A stretch of 64,000 nucleotides of DNA from Elusimicrobiota bacterium (GTDB lineage Bacteria; Elusimicrobiota; Endomicrobiia; Endomicrobiales; JAPLKN01), in NCBI GenBank assembly GCA_042562855.1, contig JBHPNE010000001.1, positions 35,046 to 99,045 of the forward strand. Direction: 5' to 3'. The notes under the pieces were generated by a model. The model saw nothing but the letters and a program-made list of their open reading frames with translations, was not told the origin of the DNA and did no database searches. The translations under genes and the position numbers were made by a program. Below are positions 56,991-64,000 of this stretch, piece by piece (the first letter of the stretch is position 1; each line of letters starts with the position of its first letter).

Positions 56991-57013
56991 TACTTAATAA
57001 GCACAGCAAATTA

Positions 57014-58387
57014 ATGACGAAAACAAAAAATAAGTTTATAGTGATTTTATTTTTTAGTGTATTTATTCCTTCTTTGGTTTTTGGAGCTTCAGAAGGAAGT
57101 TCAATCTTTCCGTTTTTGAAAATTTGTACTTCCCCACGTGATTCTGCAATAGGTAAAATGCGCGGCTTTTCCGAATCCGGTTCATCAATTTCTAATCCTG
57201 CAGTTCTGCCTTTCGTTGGAAGAAGCAAGGTTTCATTGGGACAGCTGTCTTATCTGGCTGATACAAAATACAGTTTTTTAAACTTCATACAGCCGGTTTC
57301 TCAAAAAATTACTGTGAATTCATCTTTCGGATACATTGGAAACGACGGGCTTATTAAAACAGTAGCTGATTCAAGTACTCAAGGGTATAAAGAGGCCGGA
57401 ACATTTGATTATATGGACTCAATTTTTGCTGTTGCCTATGGACACAAAATAAGTAAGAGTTTTTCCTACGGTATTTCTGCAAAATACATTCAACAGACCA
57501 TAGATTCTAATTCCGATTCAGGAGCCTCAGGCTCATTAGGTTTTTTGTATAAAAGCCCCTTGAAAAATTTTGCAATGGGATTCGGAGTCTTTGATCTAGG
57601 TCCCAAGATTAAAGGATATGACCTACCTTCGGGGGCATATTGGAGTATAGGAAAACACTTTAATAAAAAACTATTTTCCGAATTTGAAATTGTGAGTTAT
57701 AGTGAAAACACTTTAAACGTTCAGGCGGGAGTGGAATACGCATATAATGAAAATTTAAACTTAAGAGCTGGTTATGTTTATCCTTTCCAAAATCCGGACT
57801 TAGGGACCTTCCATGAAGTAAATTATACGGTAGGATTTGGGTTTTTTTACAACCATTTTTCTATTGATTATGCATGGGTACCGTACGGAGATTTAGGTCA
57901 TACGCACCGTTTTTCGTTTACAAAAGAGTTTGGAAAACAGCCTCATACAAGTGCCATAGCACCTGTTATTGAGAAAAAAGGACCATTAAAAATTGAGGTG
58001 GCTGTTGCGGATTTTAGGTCAGAAAATATTTCTGCTAAATACGCTAAACTGGCAGAAAGTTCATTGATTGAGGAGCTTGTCAGTTCGGGCAAATTCCGAG
58101 TCCTTGATACAGAGTATATGAAGATAGAACTTGAGAAACACAATGTGAAAAATCTCCAAGTAGCTGTACAGGAAAATAATGTTGATATTAAATCCATCTT
58201 AGGCGTTAAAAAAGTTATCTTTGGAAACATCCAAAAAATAGGAGATTTATATTACATTAGGGTAAACATGATGGATGTTACTACCAAAAATGTAATAAGG
58301 TCATACAGCAATACTGCTAAAAACGTAGAACAGATTCGTAAAATATGCAAGGAATTTGTAAGGAAATTAGGTAAAAACAATGAATAA
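57014..58387 (+). CDS. Outer-membrane beta-barrel protein (PorV/UPF0164-like) with a C-terminal CsgG/LpoB-like domain
   Basis: The start was moved to the ATG at 57014, because the listed start lies inside tRNA-Thr. It has a signal peptide and a beta-barrel-like N-terminal ~330 aa. The C-terminal ~110 aa (IEVAVADFRSENIS...KFRVLDTE...IFGNIQKIGDLYYIRVNMMDV) resemble lipoprotein activator/CsgG-type domains. Confidence 0.6.
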   Translation: MTKTKNKFIVILFFSVFIPSLVFGASEGSSIFPFLKICTSPRDSAIGKMRGFSESGSSISNPAVLPFVGRSKVSLGQLSYLADTKYSFLNFIQPVSQKITVNSSFGYIGNDGLIKTVADSSTQGYKEAGTFDYMDSIFAVAYGHKISKSFSYGISAKYIQQTIDSNSDSGASGSLGFLYKSPLKNFAMGFGVFDLGPKIKGYDLPSGAYWSIGKHFNKKLFSEFEIVSYSENTLNVQAGVEYAYNENLNLRAGYVYPFQNPDLGTFHEVNYTVGFGFFYNHFSIDYAWVPYGDLGHTHRFSFTKEFGKQPHTSAIAPVIEKKGPLKIEVAVADFRSENISAKYAKLAESSLIEELVSSGKFRVLDTEYMKIELEKHNVKNLQVAVQENNVDIKSILGVKKVIFGNIQKIGDLYYIRVNMMDVTTKNVIRSYSNTAKNVEQIRKICKEFVRKLGKNNE

Positions 58388-60620
58388 TGTAGTTTTTTCT
58401 TTAAGAAATGAAATAATTAAATACACGGAAAAAATACTAAGCATTGGACTCCCCCTGCTGTATTTTCTTGTTGCAGTAGGATTTTATCTTAAAACTTATG
58501 ATTCCGCTCAGATAAAAATAACTTTTACTCAAATCGGAGGAGCAGTCATTGTTGCAGTTTGGTTGGTAAAAATTATCGAAGAAGACATTTTTCTATTTTT
58601 TAAGAAAAATATATTGATTATTTTTCCGCTTTTAGCGTTTCTTTTGTCGGGGCTAATATCGCATCTTCATTCATCATTTCCCTATGCTAGTTCTAATGAG
58701 CTTATTAGAAGAGTTATATACATGTGTATAGCGATGCTCGCAATTTCAGAAATAAATAGCAGAGAAAAAATGGTTCAATTATTCAATTGGCTGATTGCTG
58801 CGACATTTGTCGTTTCAATTTATGGGCTCATACAGTATTTAGATTTTAAGTTTTTTCCAAGGCCTCCGGAACCGGGCCTCGATCCATTTGTATGGCGCGG
58901 TGCTTTTGGGGAAAGGATTTTTTCGACATTCGGTAATCCAAACTTTTTTGGTGACTTTCTGGTTGTAATGAGTCCGGTTGTACTGGCTCTTTTTTTTCTA
59001 AAAAAACAGGCTCATCTTTTCGTTTTGTGGGCTTTAATGGCTTTTTGTGCGATGTTTACTTTTTCAAAAGGAACATGGCTTGGTTTTGCGATTGGTTTTG
59101 TTATTTTTGTCATTTTGTATGTGGGATATTTTGCCAACATAAAATCTAATAAAGTACGCGGTATTCTGATTGGATTTATAATAGCCGTTCTTTTATTTGC
59201 AGGAATAGGAACCCTGCAGAGATTAAGCAAACGAAGCGACAGTGCATCATTCAGAATATTTACATGGCTGTCCACCTGGGAAATGATAAATACCAAACCT
59301 GTTTTTGGGACAGGAATTGGTTCGTTTTATGTGTCTTATCCGGCATTTAGACGGCCTCAGATATTTTTTATTGAAGGAAAACATAATACGGAAACAGATC
59401 ATTCTGAAAATGAATACATTGAGGTATGGGCTGATGAGGGAATATTTGGTTTCGGCATTTTTTTAGCCTTGTTAACAGTCTTCTTGTTTATGGGTTTTAG
59501 GAACTTGAGATATTTTACAAAAAGAAAACAGGATGGCTCTGGATACGATATAAGAGCGTACTATCAGTTGGGTCTATTAACAGCCGTAATGGCGCAATTA
59601 GCTCACAATTTTGTTTGTGTATCTTTAAGATTTGTATCCTCGGGAGTAATGCTTTGGCTTTTTATAGGGCTAATTGGGTCACTAGCAGTAAATAATCCCC
59701 TGCCTAATAAGTTTGAGCGCGTTTTAGAAAAAAATCCAATTCCTGAAAATTTAAGACGCATGCTTCAAGCTATGATACTGCTTCTGGCTGCGTATTTTGT
59801 CTGGGTTTTTTGTGGATATTTCAAAGCAGATATGGAGCATAATCGTGCAATATTTTTCTCGAAACAAGCAAAGTGGGAAGAAGCCTTGAAAACATATGAA
59901 GGGGTAGTAAGTAAAAATCCTTCATTCATTATGGCATATTATTTTATGGGGAATGTTTATAACGACAGATGGAGCAAAGATGATGCCCATAAAGCTATAG
60001 AAAAATATGGAAAAGCATGGGAGCTTGCGCCAAATTATGTGCAGTCACATCACCAGGCAGGATTAATTTATCTGAAATGGGGCCAGGATGAAAATAGATT
60101 AGCATATGAAGCTAAACAAAAAGGCAATAGAAAAAAAATGCTTGAACATGAAAAAAAGAAAAAGGAATTGTGGATGAAAGCGTTGGAAGAGTTCGATAAA
60201 TACAGAATGATTGACCCAATATACAACCTCAATTATTATAGAATGGCATGGATATATATGCAGTTGGGGGAAAAAACAAAAGCCGAAGAGATATATAAGA
60301 TGCATTTAGATTTTCCTGAAGAACTTCAGAAACCTCCTCATAGTGCTTGGGTGGAGGACTGGGCGCCAAGAAGGGCTCAGGAATACTCAGAAACATCTGT
60401 AAACCTCGGAAATTTAAGATTCATGCAGAATGATTTTAAAAAAGCCGAAGAATATTACAAAAAATCAATTGATTTATATCCGGATTCTATCAACGCAATG
60501 AAAAATCTCGCAATACTATACAGTCGTACGAATAGAAAAAAACTGGCCGGTGAGCTTTGGCAAAAAATCAGAGTGCTTGCCCCGAACGACCCTGATGTAA
60601 AAAAAGTTTTTAATAAATAA
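58380..60620 (+). CDS. O-antigen ligase (Wzy_C) family membrane protein fused to C-terminal TPR repeats
   Basis: About 11 TM segments with FSTFGNPNFFGDFL and HSENEYIEVWADEGIFGF. The C-terminal ~270 aa contain TPR-like repeats. Confidence 0.8.
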   Translation: MNNVVFSLRNEIIKYTEKILSIGLPLLYFLVAVGFYLKTYDSAQIKITFTQIGGAVIVAVWLVKIIEEDIFLFFKKNILIIFPLLAFLLSGLISHLHSSFPYASSNELIRRVIYMCIAMLAISEINSREKMVQLFNWLIAATFVVSIYGLIQYLDFKFFPRPPEPGLDPFVWRGAFGERIFSTFGNPNFFGDFLVVMSPVVLALFFLKKQAHLFVLWALMAFCAMFTFSKGTWLGFAIGFVIFVILYVGYFANIKSNKVRGILIGFIIAVLLFAGIGTLQRLSKRSDSASFRIFTWLSTWEMINTKPVFGTGIGSFYVSYPAFRRPQIFFIEGKHNTETDHSENEYIEVWADEGIFGFGIFLALLTVFLFMGFRNLRYFTKRKQDGSGYDIRAYYQLGLLTAVMAQLAHNFVCVSLRFVSSGVMLWLFIGLIGSLAVNNPLPNKFERVLEKNPIPENLRRMLQAMILLLAAYFVWVFCGYFKADMEHNRAIFFSKQAKWEEALKTYEGVVSKNPSFIMAYYFMGNVYNDRWSKDDAHKAIEKYGKAWELAPNYVQSHHQAGLIYLKWGQDENRLAYEAKQKGNRKKMLEHEKKKKELWMKALEEFDKYRMIDPIYNLNYYRMAWIYMQLGEKTKAEEIYKMHLDFPEELQKPPHSAWVEDWAPRRAQEYSETSVNLGNLRFMQNDFKKAEEYYKKSIDLYPDSINAMKNLAILYSRTNRKKLAGELWQKIRVLAPNDPDVKKVFNK

Positions 60621-60627
60621 AATTTAA

Positions 60628-62997
60628 ATGAAACGATTCTATTCTTACATAATATTCTCACTTCTTTTTATTCCACCTCTTATTTTTTTTACCGATCTCA
60701 CTCGTAATCCCTATTATTTCCAGATAGTCCTGCTTAATAGTCTTACGGTAATACTTTGGATAGCCTGGATTTATGAGCAAATAAAAAATAACAAGCTAAT
60801 ATTTCCAAAGACAAATCTCGATTTGCCTATATCAGCTTTTTTTATCGTTGCTACAATTTCTTTAGCAATCGCTTTGTTTTTTAGCTGGTCCGATCCTTAT
60901 CTTAAACACAGTGTTTTTAACGAGGGAATTAAAAGATGGCTTTTTTTGCTCGTCAATTCAATTCTTGTCTATTATGCAGCAATAAACTTTATTAATGATA
61001 GTAACCGTATAAAAGCTATAAAAATTGTTTTTTGGGTAGGTATTTTATCGTCTTTATACGGAATACTTCAATACTTTGGTATAGAAATCATTTGGCCTAA
61101 AATATTGAATCCATTTGGAGGAAGAAGTGTTTCCACTTTTGGTAATCCGAATTTCTTGTCTTCTTACATTGTGCTGTTATTTCCAATCTCGTTTAGCTTA
61201 TTCTTAGGTTCAAAAACATCCGATAAAAAATTGATTCATATGATTCTCATGGGTATATATTTTACTGCTTTATTATGCACGTTAACCCGTTCATCATGGG
61301 TGGGACTTTTTGTTGCAGTTGTTTTTGTCTTGTTTGCTTTTTTCAAATACGAAAAACAGACTCTTTTTAAAAATGGGAAAATACTCTTTGCATTAATGCT
61401 TCTTTTTCTTTGCTTTATGGTCTTCTGGCCGAAAAGCAAAGTATCAGGATATAGCCCTTCCGTTATCGAGCGTCTAGCCGAGGTTGGCAAAGCAGAGAAA
61501 GATTATTATGGGCCTTGGCATCAGAGGCGGCTTATCTGGTCTTGCGCATGGTATATGGTAAAAGAGAATCCGTTTTTAGGAAAAGGGTGGGGATGTTTTG
61601 AGTTGTTCTATCCTTTTTACCAAGGAAGACACCTTTTTCTTGATGCTTATCGGAATTTTAGAACGCATGCGAATAATACGCATAATGAAATTTTGGAAGT
61701 ATGGTCACAGGTCGGAACGGTTGGTTTCGGGATATATATATGGCTTTTGGTAACAATTTTTTATTACGGCAATTTTCTAATGAGAAAACTATCGTCTGAG
61801 AAGAAATTTCTCAGCATAGGGTTAACAGCTTCGTTAGTTGGAATGCTTACAGACAATCTGTTGAATGTTTCAATAAATTTTCCCATACCGGGTTTTTTAT
61901 ACTGGTGGAATGTAGGATTGTTGATGGGTATGGGGCACAGGGAGCATTATACCATTGATTTGAAGGGACTGTATAAGAAAATTGCTCCCTGGATTTTAAT
62001 ATGCCTTGGAATCGTTCTTATCAGATACTACTCAATGAATTTTTTGGCGGAAGTTCATTTTTTTAAAGGTTTTAAAGCTTCAAGGGGCAATAACTTAAAA
62101 AAAGCAGTAAAAGAATTTGAGACTTCAAAAAAATACCGTAAATATGAAGTTAATAATAACTACGAATTGGGCAATGCTTACGCGCGTTTGAATATGTCCG
62201 AAAAAGCAATAGAGCTTTACAGAGAGGCTTTACGCTCGAATGCCGGGTATGACGAAATATATTTTAATATGGCAAATATGCTAAGACAAAAAGGCGACAA
62301 CAAAACCAGTGCTGATGAATATACGAGATCTATATACATAAATCCGGTCACTATCGAATGCTACAATGCACTGGGCAGTGTATTTCTTCAGGAACCCGGC
62401 AAGTACAGCGAGGAAGGTATAAAATTATTTCAGCAATACGTTTATTTCTTTCCGAATGAAAAAGATGTTTGGAATAATTTAGGTTTTTTATATATGCAAA
62501 GCGGTGAATATGAAAAAGCACTGAATTCGTACAGGAAAGCATTAGAAATTGATGAAAATTTTGAAATGGCAAGAAGAAACATAAATATTTTGTTAACAAA
62601 ACTCGGGGCAAGGGATAAAAAACAGGATTCGATTGATAGGCTTTTTAGAGAAGTTGAACGAAATATTAACGAGAAAAACTGGGAACAGGGCACTAAAAAT
62701 GCGGAAAGGCTTGTCGGTCTGATCCCCAACAATTTCCGAGCAAATTTATATCTTGCTAATATGTATTTCACTATAGGTAAAGTTGATGAGGCAATAGAAA
62801 AATATAAAGTGGCTATAAATTTGAGCCCTAATAATGAGGCGGCAATTGGAAATCTTGCAATTGCGTATTTTCAGGTTAAAAGATACAAATTATCACTTGA
62901 ACAATTCCAATTGCTGATAAAAATTGACCCAAAAAACCAGATGGTCGGAAATAAAATTAGGGAAATTAATCATATATTGCAGTCCCAAAAGAAGTGA
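60628..62997 (+). CDS. Second O-antigen ligase (Wzy_C)-TPR fusion protein, paralog of 58380..60620
   Basis: Same architecture: VSTFGNPNFLSSYI and HNEILEVWSQVGTVGFG. The TPR region is longer (~330 aa). Confidence 0.8.
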   Translation: MKRFYSYIIFSLLFIPPLIFFTDLTRNPYYFQIVLLNSLTVILWIAWIYEQIKNNKLIFPKTNLDLPISAFFIVATISLAIALFFSWSDPYLKHSVFNEGIKRWLFLLVNSILVYYAAINFINDSNRIKAIKIVFWVGILSSLYGILQYFGIEIIWPKILNPFGGRSVSTFGNPNFLSSYIVLLFPISFSLFLGSKTSDKKLIHMILMGIYFTALLCTLTRSSWVGLFVAVVFVLFAFFKYEKQTLFKNGKILFALMLLFLCFMVFWPKSKVSGYSPSVIERLAEVGKAEKDYYGPWHQRRLIWSCAWYMVKENPFLGKGWGCFELFYPFYQGRHLFLDAYRNFRTHANNTHNEILEVWSQVGTVGFGIYIWLLVTIFYYGNFLMRKLSSEKKFLSIGLTASLVGMLTDNLLNVSINFPIPGFLYWWNVGLLMGMGHREHYTIDLKGLYKKIAPWILICLGIVLIRYYSMNFLAEVHFFKGFKASRGNNLKKAVKEFETSKKYRKYEVNNNYELGNAYARLNMSEKAIELYREALRSNAGYDEIYFNMANMLRQKGDNKTSADEYTRSIYINPVTIECYNALGSVFLQEPGKYSEEGIKLFQQYVYFFPNEKDVWNNLGFLYMQSGEYEKALNSYRKALEIDENFEMARRNINILLTKLGARDKKQDSIDRLFREVERNINEKNWEQGTKNAERLVGLIPNNFRANLYLANMYFTIGKVDEAIEKYKVAINLSPNNEAAIGNLAIAYFQVKRYKLSLEQFQLLIKIDPKNQMVGNKIREINHILQSQKK

Positions 62998-63112
62998 AGT
63001 AAATTTGAAAGCTTGTTTGATATTTCAATATGTTTTTGAAAATTTAAAACATTGACAACTCATGGCTAAAAATGTAAAATTCTCATCAGAATCGATGAAA
63101 AGGGGTGAAAAT

Positions 63113-63826
63113 ATGCGTAATTTTGTAGGAAAAAAGTTGTTTTTTTCAAGTTTCATAATTTTGCTTTTTTTTATTTTTTCTGCCCCAAAATTGAATGCTG
63201 AAGTGTCTACCTACCAAATAGACACACCAACGCACGAAATGCTTGATTACGGTAGTTATGATGCCGATTTCCGTTTTTTCACAAATGGAGGGGTGCTTTC
63301 CCGGTTTAGTTTTGGCGTGTTTGATATTTTAAATCTTGGTGTCGGATGGGAACTGGAAAATTTCATTGGAACACAGTCCATAATCATTAGCCCTCCTTCT
63401 ATGTATTTTAAGGTCAAGCCTTTTGAAGGAGGAATGGTTTTGCCAGCAATTGCTATTGGCTATGATGGGCAAGGTTATTTTTATGACAAGGATTCCGGTG
63501 AATACGCCCAGAAGGAGAAAGGGCTTTTTGTAGTTTTTGGCAGGGAAATATTTTTCCCTTACTTTAATCTAAATCTTGGATTTAATATCAACGATTATCA
63601 GGAAAGTAAAATTCTCTCCTTTTTAAATTTTGATTATGAGATTGAAGAATCTTTAATGCTGTTGGTAGAGCTTGATGATTTGGGATCATCTGATGATCCG
63701 AGATTCAATTTTGGAGTCAGATTTTATGTGGCGGAAGACTTAGCAATATGTATTGCCGGAAGAGATACTATTTCAGACCGTGCAGCAGAAAGAATAGCAA
63801 ATATTAAATACACAGGAAGATTTTAA
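63113..63826 (+). CDS. Secreted hypothetical protein, probable small outer-membrane beta-barrel
   Basis: The start was moved to the ATG at 63113. The signal peptide is LFFSSFIILLFFIFSAPKLNA. It shows alternating beta-strand patterning, and the C-terminal residue is Phe (YTGRF). Confidence 0.5.
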   Translation: MRNFVGKKLFFSSFIILLFFIFSAPKLNAEVSTYQIDTPTHEMLDYGSYDADFRFFTNGGVLSRFSFGVFDILNLGVGWELENFIGTQSIIISPPSMYFKVKPFEGGMVLPAIAIGYDGQGYFYDKDSGEYAQKEKGLFVVFGREIFFPYFNLNLGFNINDYQESKILSFLNFDYEIEESLMLLVELDDLGSSDDPRFNFGVRFYVAEDLAICIAGRDTISDRAAERIANIKYTGRF

Positions 63827-63839
63827 GGCTAGGATTTTT

Positions 63840-64000
63840 ATGGCAAAAGATATTATTGGGCTTGATTTTGAAAAACCGATTCTGGATTTAGAGAAAAAAA
63901 TAGACGAACTACGCCTTTCCGTAAATGACGGTAAACTTGAGATTGCTAAAGAAATTGCAGATTTGGAAAGTAAAAGTAAAAAGCTCAAAAACGATATTTA
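63840..64000 (+). CDS. accA: Acetyl-CoA carboxylase carboxyltransferase subunit alpha, 5' part (runs off the window)
   Basis: MAKDIIGLDFEKPILDLEKKIDELRLS... matches the conserved AccA N-terminus (LDFEKPI-ELE-KI-EL). It is open to the window end and absent from the ORF track because it is under 60 aa. Confidence 0.75.
   Translation, partial: MAKDIIGLDFEKPILDLEKKIDELRLSVNDGKLEIAKEIADLESKSKKLKNDI

Noticed and set aside
56915-57013. The N-terminal 33 aa (MCRRSSVVEQSLRKRWVGGSNPFAG...) of ORF 56915..58387.
   Set aside because: This stretch is the translation of tRNA-Thr itself. The real start is the ATG at 57014, followed by a signal peptide.

Overview
This is a 64-kb chromosomal window from an AT-rich (about 35% GC by eye), apparently diderm bacterium that uses the standard genetic code. 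No database search was run, so every call rests on motifs read from the ORF translations and the DNA.

Most genes are on the + strand and are housekeeping: hisG, gltX, typA, pfp, pyrG, two csp paralogs and the accA 5' end. The other content falls into four groups:
- An RND/TolC efflux pair.
- A minus-strand redox/membrane group: a radical SAM enzyme, a DsbD_2-like membrane protein and a fused spermidine-synthase membrane protein, next to a secreted SagB-type protein.
- A 2919-aa cyclic beta-1,2-glucan synthase.
- A 15-kb nitrogen-assimilation supercluster: porin-amtB-glnK, then pyrG, a PEP/pyruvate-binding protein, gltB and gltD, then a type III glutamine synthetase.

Two tRNAs are present, Gln-CUG and Thr-CGU. 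There is no CRISPR array, IS element, integrase or recognisable defence system.

The most unusual signals are non-coding:
1. A ~330-bp module is duplicated in front of the two nitrogen operons. It has 154 + 51 bp of perfect identity and carries a perfect -35 promoter followed immediately by mutually exclusive hairpins, one of them a strong terminator.
2. The tRNA-Gln locus is flanked by copies of its own ends. Tandem 105-bp GC-rich twin-hairpin units upstream each start with the tRNA 5' end. An exact 18-bp copy of the 3' end lies 2.2 kb downstream and brackets a lone MFS transporter.

Other points of note:
- pfp is broken in a G7 tract.
- There are gene-decay relics: hypD, a LOG::GltD-like chimera and a GAF fragment.
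- The radical SAM and SagB-type enzymes both carry signal-peptide-like N-termini.
- A PEP/pyruvate-binding protein is translationally coupled to gltB.
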